A DNA stretch of 64,000 bases, from assembly GCA_000092065.1 (NCBI GenBank), contig CP000584.1; one strand, 5' to 3'. Positions 10,283 through 20,584 of this stretch are shown piece after piece (within the stretch, counting starts at the first letter, position 1; every line of letters begins with the position of its first letter). The notes below the pieces were generated by a model. The model had not been told where the DNA came from and did not search any database. It saw nothing but the letters and a program-made list of their open reading frames with translations. The translations under genes and the position numbers were made by a program. The DNA comes from Ostreococcus lucimarinus. Taxonomy: Eukaryota.

Positions 10283-11161
10283 GTGGCGGAGATTCGTAAA
10301 CGCGCGGCGAACATCCCCGACGATCTCTTCGTCGTGCTCGTCGGCGATATGATCACCGAAGAGGCGTTGCCGACGTACATGAACATGTTGAACACGCTCG
10401 AAGGAACGAAGGATAACTCTGGCGCGGATGCTCACCCGTGGGCGGTGTGGACGCGCAAGTGGACGGCGGAGGAAAACCGTCACGGCGACCTCATGAACAA
10501 GTACTTGTGGATGACGGGTAAGGTGAACATGAAGCCGGTCGAGACCACGATCCAGAAGCTCATCGGCAGCGGCATGAACCCTAAGACGGACAACAACCCG
10601 TACCTCGGTTTCGTGTACACGTCTTTCCAAGAGCGCGCGACGAAAATTTCCCACGGGAACACGGCGCGCTTGGCCAAGGAGGCGGGCGATCCGGAGTTCG
10701 CGAAGATGTGCGGCATCATCGCCGCCGACGAAGGCCGCCACGAGATCGCGTACCAGCGCATCATCGATGAAGTATTGGCGCGCGATCCCGACGGTGCCGT
10801 CCTCGCGTACGCGGACATGATGGAGAAGCAAATCACCATGCCCGCGCACATGATGTGCGACGGCCAGCACAAGGCGCGAACCGGCCGCGACCTCTTCGTC
10901 GATTTCGCCGCCGTCGCGGAGCGCACGGGCGTGTACACCGGCCACGATTACGCCGATATCATGGATCACCTCAACAAGCGTTGGGACATCGCCAACATCA
11001 CGGGTTTGGGCGGCGAGGCGGCCGCCGCGCAAGAGTACTTGATGAAGCAACCCGCTCGCATCCGCAAGCTCGTCGCTTTCGCCGAGAAGAGGGCGGCGAA
11101 GAAGCCTCCGGCCAAGGAAACCTTCTCCTGGATTTACGATCGTCCCGTCGACATCAACTAA
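10283..11161 (+). CDS. Acyl-ACP delta9 desaturase, exon 2 (soluble di-iron desaturase core).
   Basis: [40 protein letters not shown] and [12 protein letters not shown] (the two EXXH di-iron motifs). Near-collinear with plant stearoyl-ACP desaturases. Confidence 0.9.
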   Translation: MAEIRKRAANIPDDLFVVLVGDMITEEALPTYMNMLNTLEGTKDNSGADAHPWAVWTRKWTAEENRHGDLMNKYLWMTGKVNMKPVETTIQKLIGSGMNPKTDNNPYLGFVYTSFQERATKISHGNTARLAKEAGDPEFAKMCGIIAADEGRHEIAYQRIIDEVLARDPDGAVLAYADMMEKQITMPAHMMCDGQHKARTGRDLFVDFAAVAERTGVYTGHDYADIMDHLNKRWDIANITGLGGEAAAAQEYLMKQPARIRKLVAFAEKRAAKKPPAKETFSWIYDRPVDIN

Positions 11162-11404
11162 ACAACCACCACCGTAGCGCGAGAAAGGCAATATAGCCTC
11201 CGCTTTTAGCTCTTGCCGTTGCGGCGTGTTGCTCGGTGCTCGACTATTCACGCTCAAATGTAAAAAGATTCAGATTCAATTCCCTACGCGATTCCCTGCG
11301 GCGCTTGATGGATGTGTATTATTATTGCACGCATCATTCCTCGAACCACGCGTCGAGCTCTACGCTAGAAACGACTCTGCGACTCGATCGCTCGTCGCGC
11401 ATCC

Positions 11405-12048
11405 TTAGTTTTCGCGCGTCGGCAAGACCGCCTCGATGGCCGTCCACACCTCGCTCATGTCCTTTGCCGCGTCGATTTTCGCGACGACGGGAGAGTAGTG
11501 CTCCAAAATGGGCTTCGTTTGCGAGTGGTACGCTTCGAGGCGCGTCACGAGCGCTTCTTTCGTGTCATCGCTGCGCTGCTCGAGCTGCTCGCCAGTCTCG
11601 TCGTCAAACATGCGCTTCGGCTTGGCTTGCTTACCCGGGCACGCCTTCAGGCTCTTCGGCGGGTTGAACGTGGCGTGATACGAGCGACCGCTCGCCTTGT
11701 GCACCCATCGGCCGCAGATGCGCTTCTCCAAAAGCGAGTCCGGGACCTCGAGCGAGACGACGACGTCCACCTTCTCGCCGCGCTTCGCCAGCATCTCATC
11801 CAGCTTCTTCGCCTGCTCGATCGTCCGCGGGAACCCATCCAAAATGAACCCACGCGCGCAATCCTTCGCCGCGATTCGATCGCGAATGATCGCCACGACG
11901 ATGTCGTCCGTCACCAATCCCCCCGAATCCATCGCCGCCTTCGCGCGTCTCCCGACATCCGTCCCCGCCGCCACCGCCGCGCGCAGCATGTCTCCCGTCG
12001 CGAGCTGCGGCACGCCGAGCTTCTCCGTGATCTTCGGCGCTTGCGTTC
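11405..12048 (-). CDS. Adenylate kinase, exon 2.
   Basis: After splicing it reads G|[29 protein letters not shown]...[14 protein letters not shown]...KRICGRWVH. The LID and core motifs are typical of adenylate kinase. Confidence 0.85.
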
Positions 12049-12165
12049 CTGCGTCGCGCGCGTCCGTCGCGTCCGTCAGTCACCGCGCGCGCGTCGTTCG
12101 CGTCGCGCGTCGATCGCCGTCGTCTCGCGTCGCCGACGCTCGCGTCTCTCGCGTCTCTCGCGCAC
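12049..12165 (-). other. Spliceosomal intron (117 nt, phase 1) in the adenylate kinase gene.
   Basis: Minus-strand donor GTGCGCGAG. Internal GGTGACTGACGGACG. Acceptor CGCAG. It restores the P-loop GPPGAGKG|TQ. Confidence 0.65.
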
Positions 12166-12241
12166 CCTTGCCCGCGCCCGGCGGTCCGAAGATGACGATC
12201 ACCGATCGCGGCGCGCCGCGCTTGCTCTGCCCGCCGCCCAT
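12166..12241 (-). CDS. Adenylate kinase, exon 1: MGGGQSKRGAPRSVIVIFGPPGAGKG.
   Basis: The reverse complement of 12166-12241 encodes a Met followed by the Walker A / P-loop that is missing from ORF 11405-12013. Confidence 0.65.
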
Positions 12242-12307
12242 CGCGCGGCGTCGCGTTCCGCGGCGTGCCGACGTCTGCCGACGTCACTCGTCGACGCTGA
12301 TTACGCG

Positions 12308-13387
12308 ATGCGGCGCGCGCTGCACGTCGCGCGCGTCGCCAAGGCGAAGAACCGCGACGCCGGACGGTCGATGCACTGGCGCGTGGGTAAGGGGAGCGAG
12401 TCCGCGAACGGCGCGGGCGAGGCGACGGCGCGCGGCGGGAAAGGAAGCTCGAAGACGACGCGGTCGCAGCGGACGAACAAGAGCTACAAGGTGTACGTCA
12501 GCGGACGACCGACGATCGACGACGTCGAACGGGCGTCGAGGGGGGAGAAGACGAAGTCCATGGGCGTGGTCGAGCGCGAGGCGCCGTACAGGCTGACGCG
12601 AGACGAGCGAGAGGCGTGGGAGCGAGCGAAACGGCGAGGAGGGCTGGAGACGCGAAGCGCGAGTCGAGACGGGCTCGCGAGACGACGGTTTCCGTTGGTG
12701 AACACGCATCGGGCGTACTGCGATGCGGTGGGGATGGTGTTCGTGTGCACGGAACAAGACGTGGGGGGGGGGGAGGATTGCGTGGTGGTGGACGTGTCGA
12801 CGCTGCGGGCGAGCGAGGACGGCGACGCGCGCGCGCGGTTGAGCGAGTTGGCGATCGCGTTGGGGGCGAGCGCGGAGGATTTGTGCGGCGACGAGGAACC
12901 GCTGATGGCGCAGATGCGATACGTGGCGGCCATGGAGGGGGGGTTCGAGCGCACGGCGCTGGTGGAAGTGTTGGAGGGAGACGCCGAAGCCGAGCCGGCG
13001 CCGAGCGAGAGCGAAATCGCGGCGGCGAGAGACGCCGTCTCGGCCGCGGCGGATCGCGTGCGCGAAATGAAAGATTCAGGGAAATCGAACGCGGATGATG
13101 ACGTGAAAGCTGGCGTGCGATGCCTCCTCGAGGCGAAGGCGAAGCTGGGAGCGATGGAGGCCGCCGCGGAGAAGACGTCGGCGGCCGCGAACGAGGCCGC
13201 GGAAGTGGATCTGGAGGCTGAATTAAAACGAATCGAAGAAGCGGCTCGGAGATCACTCGTCGAGTTACCCATTCACGGTTTGCCCGAACGATATATGCGG
13301 TTCAAGTGTCCTGATCGTCCAACGGCGAAGGCGCTCTCGAAAGCCATCGCAAAGGAGGATCTCGCGCCTTTGTTGCTCGAAGTCTAG
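12308..13387 (+). CDS. Hypothetical protein. The Ala/Glu-rich C-terminal half looks helical. No family recognised.
   Basis: 360-codon ORF with non-repetitive composition in its second half, ending ...ERYMRFKCPDRPTAKALSKAIAKEDLAPLLLEV. The antisense ORFs (12484-13272 -) are Pro/Arg/Ser low complexity. Start chosen at the first ATG outside adenylate kinase exon 1. Confidence 0.4.
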   Translation: MRRALHVARVAKAKNRDAGRSMHWRVGKGSESANGAGEATARGGKGSSKTTRSQRTNKSYKVYVSGRPTIDDVERASRGEKTKSMGVVEREAPYRLTRDEREAWERAKRRGGLETRSASRDGLARRRFPLVNTHRAYCDAVGMVFVCTEQDVGGGEDCVVVDVSTLRASEDGDARARLSELAIALGASAEDLCGDEEPLMAQMRYVAAMEGGFERTALVEVLEGDAEAEPAPSESEIAAARDAVSAAADRVREMKDSGKSNADDDVKAGVRCLLEAKAKLGAMEAAAEKTSAAANEAAEVDLEAELKRIEEAARRSLVELPIHGLPERYMRFKCPDRPTAKALSKAIAKEDLAPLLLEV

Positions 13388-13450
13388 GCAGCATCACGGT
13401 TTAGTTGCGGTACGCGCTCTGCTTTGCTATGTACAATGTATTTATTTGCT

Positions 13451-16144
13451 TTACTGTATTCCTCGCGCGACTCGCTGAGGCGCGATGTCACCAGGACCGA
13501 CGCCCTTGGAGGCGTAGTACTCGCTGAAATCGAGGCGGAACAACAAGAATTGCGTGTCCACGTGCGTTTGGAGTGGCAAAAGGTTCAAGAAACCGTCCAA
13601 TGCACGCGCGTAGTCGTCGCGCAAATTTGCCAGTCGACTCTGCGCCACGGCGACCTCGTCCTTATCGATAAAATCGCTCGCATTCGACTCCTCGCCGACG
13701 TATGTCCCCCATTGCTTGTTCTTCTCGCGCTCGGCGATGCGCTCTCGCGTCGCCGCCTTCTTCGCGACGACGTCTGCCGCCATGTCGAAAAGATCAGCTG
13801 CGACTTCGCGGAACGACATCATCACCTCAAAAAGTGCGTAAAGGGTCTGCAGAACTAGCTGCGACTTTGACCCGAGCAAAGCCTTTTGAACGACGGCGTC
13901 GAGGAATACGTCGTGCGCCGCGATGATTTCATCCAAATCGGAATGCTTGGCAAACTTCTCCTCGAGCTCGACCCACGAGGTCTCCAGCACCTCGAACATG
14001 ACGTAGTACTGAAAGTTAGAAATAAAGCTGTGCATCTCCCCTCGCAATGAATGACAGCTGCGTAGCATGTCAGCCAACGCCGCGCCAGACGTGCCCCCGC
14101 CGGCGGTTTCGCTTGACAACAAATGCGCTACCGTCGGTTTCATCATCTGCCACGTCCCACAGAGCGAATGTTCCACTCGCTTCAGACGCCACAGAAAGTT
14201 GAACACGCGCAAATACTTGCTCATCGCGTGTTCGGTGAATATCGTCGTCAAAGGCTGATTTACGACGTACTCGAGCGTGAAGACATCCCATCCCACTTCT
14301 TCGTTCAAGTGCGCCATCAAACGCACGCGTAAGCGATCGAGAAAGTCTGGAGAATCCGACTGGGCGCTACTGCTGCGCACGGCTTGTTCGAGCATACCGC
14401 TGAGCTTGAAGACACTCAATGAATTCGCGGGCTGCTCCAAGCTCGGACCCATCAAGTCCATCAAGCACTCGTGCAAATCCCCCTGGCCGAGCAACAAATA
14501 GCGCTTGAGCGCTTGACAATGCTCTCCGAGCTTGAAGCGTTCGAAGAGTACGCGACGCACCGTTCCGTCCACACGCTTTGCTGTCTCGCTAATCAACGTC
14601 GTCAAACCATCTGGATTCTCAAAGTCTAGCCCTCCAGCCTTTTCCACCGCGTTCAAGACGTCCGCGCGTTCGGGCGTCCAGCTCGAGTCGTCGCAGCATC
14701 TGCGAAGAAAGTTTATGCTCTTGCCGAGGCGAAGTATAGTTTTCCCCTGTTCGCGCGTGATGAACGAGGGCAGCATGTCCTCATCGAACGCATACTTTCG
14801 GCGCCATAAATCTTTATCCGAAATCGAGTGATCAACGCTCACGAAGAACTCGCACAATGGGTCTTCGAGCTCGCCGCTCACCGTCCATCGATGCACCATG
14901 CCCAAATACGGCGTCGCGCTCGCGCTCAAAACTCTTCGTACCAACGCGGTGGATGACGGGTCGCCGTGTTGAGAGTAGTTGTACATGGCCGCCAAAGCAG
15001 CGCCTCCTCGCTTGCCGTGCGTCGCGTCGACCAAAACCGCTAGCGTCCGTAACATCTTGAGAGGATCGGCGAGCCACACGAAGAGTCGACGCAGGGTGAG
15101 GTAACTGTCGCCGCCCTTCGCCGCGCCGTCGCCTCGTTCGAGGTAAGCCACGATCGGAATCTGCGCTTGAGCTTCTAATACCGCGATCAACTTGTAGTAA
15201 CTCGCAAGCTCGCGCTGAATCGCCGCTCTGAACGCCTGCCGCGTGCTGCCGTCGCCGTCGTCGACGTCGACGCCCGCCGTCCTGCCGTCGCCGAGCGCCG
15301 CCGAAACCTTCTTAAATAACCACCCTACTTCGGTGAGGCACTTGATCAAATTTCGTCGCCCGGCCGAGACGTTCACGTTCGGTGCCAGCGCGAACGCTTG
15401 TTGGGCCGGAGAAAACTTGATGAACTCGCCGTCGATGCCTTGACACGCGTACAGCACGTCTCGCACCAATTCGCGTTCGTCGCACTCCCCGCTCGCCGCG
15501 CGTTCAATCTCCAAAGTCCTGTACGCATCCGCGCGCCGACCGACGGCGTGCAACCCGAGCGCCCCTTTCTCACCGCCCGCGAGCGCGCGCGCGGCCTCGC
15601 CATCATCCAACCGTCTCGTCGCCGCCGCCGTCGCCGCGCCCGCGCGTTCGTCTCGCGTCAACGCCTTCGCCGCCGCGTCCAAATCCAACCGCCGCATCCC
15701 TCGCGCGCTCGCGCCCACCCCCCCGCCCGCTCCCCACGCGCCCTCCGCGTCCTCCGAGATCGCCAACAGCGTCCTGAGCACTCCCGCGCGTCGCGTCGAC
15801 CCGCTCGCGTCGCGCCTTCGCGCGCGTTCGCACGCCTCCGCCGCGCGCGCCGCCGCGTCCTCCCCCCGCCTCTCTCGCACCCTTCGCACGATCGCCCGCG
15901 CCACCGCCTCGCCGTCGTCCATCGCGTCCCTCACGGCCGTTCCCTCGCCCAGCGTCGACGCGAGCACGCGCGTCGCGACCCGGCGTCCCGCGTCCGCGCG
16001 TCGCGTCGCCTCGCGATCGTCCGTCGGCATCGCGTGCGTCGGCGTCGCGTTCGTCGGCATCGCGTTCGCGAGCGTTCGCTCGACGAGCGCTCGAACGAGC
16101 GCGGCGACATCGCGCGCGTCGTCGCGCGCGCGCGCGTCGGCCAT
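13451..16144 (-). CDS. Gamma-tubulin complex component (GCP2/GCP3-like, Spc97/Spc98 family).
   Basis: GRIP motifs YLLLGQGDLHECLMDLMGP and YLRVFNFLWRLKRVEHSL. The ~900-aa size is typical of GCP3. Confidence 0.8.
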   Translation of the reverse strand: MADARARDDARDVAALVRALVERTLANAMPTNATPTHAMPTDDREATRRADAGRRVATRVLASTLGEGTAVRDAMDDGEAVARAIVRRVRERRGEDAAARAAEACERARRRDASGSTRRAGVLRTLLAISEDAEGAWGAGGGVGASARGMRRLDLDAAAKALTRDERAGAATAAATRRLDDGEAARALAGGEKGALGLHAVGRRADAYRTLEIERAASGECDERELVRDVLYACQGIDGEFIKFSPAQQAFALAPNVNVSAGRRNLIKCLTEVGWLFKKVSAALGDGRTAGVDVDDGDGSTRQAFRAAIQRELASYYKLIAVLEAQAQIPIVAYLERGDGAAKGGDSYLTLRRLFVWLADPLKMLRTLAVLVDATHGKRGGAALAAMYNYSQHGDPSSTALVRRVLSASATPYLGMVHRWTVSGELEDPLCEFFVSVDHSISDKDLWRRKYAFDEDMLPSFITREQGKTILRLGKSINFLRRCCDDSSWTPERADVLNAVEKAGGLDFENPDGLTTLISETAKRVDGTVRRVLFERFKLGEHCQALKRYLLLGQGDLHECLMDLMGPSLEQPANSLSVFKLSGMLEQAVRSSSAQSDSPDFLDRLRVRLMAHLNEEVGWDVFTLEYVVNQPLTTIFTEHAMSKYLRVFNFLWRLKRVEHSLCGTWQMMKPTVAHLLSSETAGGGTSGAALADMLRSCHSLRGEMHSFISNFQYYVMFEVLETSWVELEEKFAKHSDLDEIIAAHDVFLDAVVQKALLGSKSQLVLQTLYALFEVMMSFREVAADLFDMAADVVAKKAATRERIAEREKNKQWGTYVGEESNASDFIDKDEVAVAQSRLANLRDDYARALDGFLNLLPLQTHVDTQFLLFRLDFSEYYASKGVGPGDIAPQRVARGIQ

Positions 16145-16424
16145 CGTCGCGCGCGCGGTCGTCTGTCGCCGCGCGCGGGCGTCCGCGGCCGTTGACGTCG
16201 TGTTTGGTCCGTGTTTGGTCCGTGTGTGTACGAGACCGACCGTCGCGAACTCTCGTAGAGCGGCGTCCGCGAGCGGTAGTACATAGCGACGAACCGCGCG
16301 ATAAAAGCGTCCGACGACGGAGCGTTTTCGTCGCGGCGCGAGCGTTACGCGACGGACGCCGCGGCGGGCGACGGCGGGCGACGCGCGACGACGCGCGGCA
16401 GACGCCAGCGCGAGGGCGCGTGCG

Positions 16425-18392
16425 ATGGACGGTCGGCGTCTCGCGCCGGCGGACGCGCGCGAGGCGCGCGAGACGGCGGACGCGCGCGAGACGGCGTGGA
16501 AGGTGGACGTGCGCGCGCTCGAGCGAGAGGCGCGTCGACGGCGCGCGACGGACGCGCGCGGAGGCGCGGACGCGGACGACGCGGACGCGGGCGACGACGG
16601 TGGGAAGGCGGGACGCGCGACGCCGTTGGCGGTGGTGTGTCAGGACGTGCGGTACGAGGTGAGGGATCGTAAGACGGGCGCGACGACGCGGTTGCTGGAC
16701 GACGTCAGCGCGGTGTTTCCTCCGGGGGGGGCGTCGGCGCTCATGGGTCCGTCGGGGGCGGGGAAGACGACGCTGCTGGACGTCATGAGCGGGAGGAAGA
16801 CGCAGGGACGCTTGCGCGGGCGCGTCGTCGTCGGTGCCGAGCCGGCGACGAAGGCGGCGTTGAAGACGTGCGCGGCGTACGTCGAGCAGTTTGATTGCTT
16901 GCTCGCGTCGTTGACGGTGCGAGAAACGTTGATGTATCAAGCCGAGTTAAAGCGAGGCGCGGAAGGTTTCGACGCCAAGGCGCGCGAGGAGCAAGTGAAT
17001 CGATTGATCGAAGACTTGCAGTTGGAAAAGTGCGCCGACGTCGTCGTCGGCAGCGCTTTGTCGCGAGGGATTTCCGGCGGGCAAGCAAAGCGCACGAACA
17101 TCGGCATAAGTTTGGTCACTCGTCCTCGTATTTTGTTCTTGGACGAGCCCACGAGCGGATTGGATTCGAAAACTTCGTACGATTTGATGCGAGTCATTCG
17201 AAAATTTTGCGACACCGCCGGAGTCACGGTCATCGCCACCATTCACTCGCCGAGCTCGGAGGCGTTTCGTCAATTCGATCGTCTGTTGATGCTGAAGAAT
17301 GGCAAAGTCACCTACGCGGGTCCATTATTCGGCGAAGAGGGCGCAGAGACGTACTTTTATTCGCTCGGGTTTTACTTTGATCCGAACGATAACTTTGCGG
17401 ATTTCTTAATCGCCACCGCGGGCGACGATTCGACGGATTTTGCCAGAGAGTTTACGGCGAGTTTTCATCACAAGCGTAATCGCGACGAAGTGCGCAAGTA
17501 CGTGCGAGAAGTGGTGAATCGGCGGGAAGCAGGCGACACGCGATCTCTGCTGCTCGCAAACGCCCCAAAACCTGTCGGTTTTGCGAGCGCCGTGCGCACG
17601 CTGTTAAAGTACCGCACGTCTCGAAATTACCGCGACGCGCAATTCGTCGGCGCGCGCTGCGCCGGGCACCTCATATTCGCCGCCGTCATGGCGACCATGT
17701 ACGCGGGCCAAGGAAAGGTCATGTCACTCGACGCCCAAATCAACGTCTCTAACATGCTGTTTATGAACAACGTCCTCCCCGCGTTCGCTGCGAGTGGATA
17801 CTTGCCTTCAATCTTGATGGAACGCCCACTTCTGTACCGCGAGCTCGACGACGGATGTTACCCACTCTTGGCGTACATCGCGTACAAAATCATCGAAGAA
17901 GCACTCGTGGCGCTCATTGTCTCACTCGTTGCGACTGCGATCTTATACAACGCCGCAGGTCTGCGAGGCAACTTCTTCGTCGATTGGCTCGCGTACTTTG
18001 GCATGCAACAATGCGGCGGCGCCGTCGCCTACCTCTGCGCCGCCGTCGCCCGCGACGTCGACGCCGCCAACGCCATCTTACCCGTGTACAACGTCCTTCA
18101 GGTCCTTTTCGCCGGTGTTTTACTCAACATCAACGACGTCCCGCGCGCTTGGACCTGGTGGCCACCGACGTTATTCGTTCGATACGGCTGGAAGGCGCAA
18201 ATGCTCAACCACTTCGCTCGCGTCGAGCCTCCCGTCTTTCTCGCCGACGACGGCTCCCTCGTCGGCGTCACCTCGTATTACGACGTCACCGGCACGACGT
18301 CGTCTAATCTCGGTTTCGTGTACTTGCTCTGGGCGTGTTGGCTCGTCGTCGCCGCCGTCTGCACCGCGAGCGTGCGCCACCAAAATCGTTAG
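16425..18392 (+). CDS. ABCG (white-brown-complex type) half-transporter, NBD followed by TMD.
   Basis: Walker A GPSGAGKTTLL. ABC signature ISGGQAKRTNIGISL. Walker B ILFLDEPTSGLDS. C-terminal multi-TM domain. Confidence 0.85.
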   Translation: MDGRRLAPADAREARETADARETAWKVDVRALEREARRRRATDARGGADADDADAGDDGGKAGRATPLAVVCQDVRYEVRDRKTGATTRLLDDVSAVFPPGGASALMGPSGAGKTTLLDVMSGRKTQGRLRGRVVVGAEPATKAALKTCAAYVEQFDCLLASLTVRETLMYQAELKRGAEGFDAKAREEQVNRLIEDLQLEKCADVVVGSALSRGISGGQAKRTNIGISLVTRPRILFLDEPTSGLDSKTSYDLMRVIRKFCDTAGVTVIATIHSPSSEAFRQFDRLLMLKNGKVTYAGPLFGEEGAETYFYSLGFYFDPNDNFADFLIATAGDDSTDFAREFTASFHHKRNRDEVRKYVREVVNRREAGDTRSLLLANAPKPVGFASAVRTLLKYRTSRNYRDAQFVGARCAGHLIFAAVMATMYAGQGKVMSLDAQINVSNMLFMNNVLPAFAASGYLPSILMERPLLYRELDDGCYPLLAYIAYKIIEEALVALIVSLVATAILYNAAGLRGNFFVDWLAYFGMQQCGGAVAYLCAAVARDVDAANAILPVYNVLQVLFAGVLLNINDVPRAWTWWPPTLFVRYGWKAQMLNHFARVEPPVFLADDGSLVGVTSYYDVTGTTSSNLGFVYLLWACWLVVAAVCTASVRHQNR

Positions 18393-18440
18393 CGCCAAAT
18401 GCAAAGCCAAGTTGTCCCCAGTCCTCACCTCGCGAACATG

Positions 18441-20369
18441 CGATCGCGCGCGTCGCCGTCGTCGCGCGTCGCCGCACCGCGCGCGTCGGCGAAGCGCCAC
18501 CGCGACGTTCGACGCACCGACGCGCGCGCGTCGCGCGCGTCGGCGCCGGCGCCGCGCGACGACGATGAAGACGTCGACGCGTCGACGTTCGATGCGTCGA
18601 CGTTCGACGCGTCGCGTCGCGCGCTGCTCGCGCTCGCCGCGTCGACGACGACGGTGATGGTCGGTGCGGACGTCGCGCGCGCGTCGCCCGTGCGGGCGTC
18701 GATGCGGATGGCGGATCGAGGGCCGGTGGCGCGCGCGGCGCCGCGACCGCCGTGCGGGCCGGGATACGCGACGCTGCGCGACGCGGGAACGTATCGAGGA
18801 TTGGCCACGGTCGATCGCGAGGGACGCGGTCTGCGAGGGTTGTTGCCACCGAACGTCGTCGAGGACGACGTGGAGGTGCGCCGGGCGAGGGAAGCGCTCG
18901 GGCAGTGCGACGGCGCGTTCGAGTCGTACAAGCAGTTGGTGGCGCTGCAGACGACGGACGAGCGGACTTTTTATAAATTGTTGCGATCGGACACCGAGCG
19001 GTTGCTGCCGCTGTTGTACACGCCCACGGTCGGCGAGGCGTGTCTGAGATTCGGGACGCTGATACAACGACCGATGGGGGTGTGGGTAAGCTCGGACGAC
19101 GCGGGGAACGTGCGGGAATTGATGCGCAATTGGCCGCGCGACGACGTGAAAATCGCCGTGATCACGGATGGGGAGAGAATTTTAGGGCTCGGAGATCAAG
19201 GAGCGAACGGGATGGGAATTAGCGCGGGAAAGAGCATGGTGTACGCCGCATGTGGAGTGCCGCCGAGTGCGCTGTTGCCGATTCAGATTGACACCGGTAC
19301 AAACAACAAGACGTTGCTCGACGATCCGTTGTACATCGGGCTCAAACGCGAGCGCGACCGCTCCCAGGCCTACGACGCGCTCTTGGATGAAGTCGTCGTT
19401 TCGATTCGCGAGCGATTCGGTCCGAACACGATCATACACTGGGAAGACTTCGCGCCGAGGAACGCGTTCAGGGTATTGAAAAAGTATTACTCCGCGCCCG
19501 ATGTCGTGACGTACAATGACGACATCCAAGGCACCGCAGCGGTTACGGTGAGCGGGATATTGGCGTCGGTGCGAGCGCTAGAGAGAGGTGGTGACGTCAC
19601 TCAGCAGCGCGTATTGTTCTTTGGCGCTGGACAGGCGAATATCGGCGCCGCTGAACTCTTCGTCCTCGCGTTGACGAAGCGCGGCGTCGCGGAAGCCGAC
19701 GCTAGGAAACGGGTGTGGCTGTTTGATTCAAAAGGCCTCGTCGTGCGCTCGCGCGCGTCGCAGCTGAGTGATGACAAATTGCCTTTTGCACAAGACGCGA
19801 GGGAGGAAACTGACCTCGCATCAGCGATCGAAAGCATCAAGCCGACGGTGTTGGTCGGCGCCGCCGCGGTGCCCGGGGCGTTTACTCAAAAAGTCGTCAA
19901 GTCGATGAGCAAACTCAACGACCAACCGATCATTTTCGCGCTCTCCAACCCGACGTCCAAGGCTGAGTGCACCGCCGAGCAGGCGTACGCGTGGAGCAAC
20001 GGCCGAGCGATATTCGCGAGCGGCACCCGATTTCCGCCGGTGCGATTCTCGGCTGAAAAGACGTTCGCCCCCGGATTCGCCAACAACGCCTTCATCTTCC
20101 CACCCATCGCCCTCGCCACCATCGTCAGCGGCGCGAAACAAGTCACTCCAGACATGTTTCTCACCGCCGCCGAAGCCTTGGCCGAATCCGTCGACGCCAA
20201 CCTCTTCGCCGTCGGCGCCGTCTACCCGCCCGTCGATCGCATCGCCTCCTCCGCCGTCGCCGTCGCCGCGCGCGTCGCTCGCGCCGTCGACCCATCCATC
20301 GATCTCGACACCTGGCGCGCCCGCGTCCAGGACTACATCGCATCCAACGATTTATTCGATAGCCTGTAA
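18441..20369 (+). CDS. NAD(P)-dependent malic enzyme, probably plastid-targeted. The ORF opens at 18399, only 7 nt after the ABCG stop, so the true start is uncertain.
   Basis: LYTPTVGEACLRFGTLIQRPMGVWVS. NAD(P)-binding GAGQANIGAAEL. Full collinearity with malic enzymes. Ser/Arg/Ala-rich N-terminus. Confidence 0.85.
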   Translation, partial: RSRASPSSRVAAPRASAKRHRDVRRTDARASRASAPAPRDDDEDVDASTFDASTFDASRRALLALAASTTTVMVGADVARASPVRASMRMADRGPVARAAPRPPCGPGYATLRDAGTYRGLATVDREGRGLRGLLPPNVVEDDVEVRRAREALGQCDGAFESYKQLVALQTTDERTFYKLLRSDTERLLPLLYTPTVGEACLRFGTLIQRPMGVWVSSDDAGNVRELMRNWPRDDVKIAVITDGERILGLGDQGANGMGISAGKSMVYAACGVPPSALLPIQIDTGTNNKTLLDDPLYIGLKRERDRSQAYDALLDEVVVSIRERFGPNTIIHWEDFAPRNAFRVLKKYYSAPDVVTYNDDIQGTAAVTVSGILASVRALERGGDVTQQRVLFFGAGQANIGAAELFVLALTKRGVAEADARKRVWLFDSKGLVVRSRASQLSDDKLPFAQDAREETDLASAIESIKPTVLVGAAAVPGAFTQKVVKSMSKLNDQPIIFALSNPTSKAECTAEQAYAWSNGRAIFASGTRFPPVRFSAEKTFAPGFANNAFIFPPIALATIVSGAKQVTPDMFLTAAEALAESVDANLFAVGAVYPPVDRIASSAVAVAARVARAVDPSIDLDTWRARVQDYIASNDLFDSL

Positions 20370-20522
20370 TCGTGCTTTCGCGCTCGCGTTCTCCCCTCGC
20401 CCTTCGTCGACGCGCGTCCCGTCCCGCTCGCGGGTTATCCACTCACTCCGGTCGCCATCGACGTCGCGTCCAAGCCGCGTCGCGCCGCACTTCACCGCGC
20501 GTTCGCGACCGGCGCGGCGACG

Positions 20523-20545
20523 ATGCGCGCGGGACCGCGCGCGAC

Positions 20546-20584
<39 letters not shown>

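Noticed and set aside
9629-11257. 542-aa ORF on the minus strand spanning the acyl-ACP desaturase.
   Set aside because: It is Arg/Ala/Pro-rich low complexity, exactly antisense to a strongly conserved gene. Stop-codon-poor antisense frames are expected in ~65-70% GC coding DNA.
16199-16222. Short direct repeat gtgtttggtccgtgtttggtcc upstream of the ABCG gene.
   Set aside because: There are only two 11-nt copies. It is too short to call a feature, though it could be a minor promoter element.
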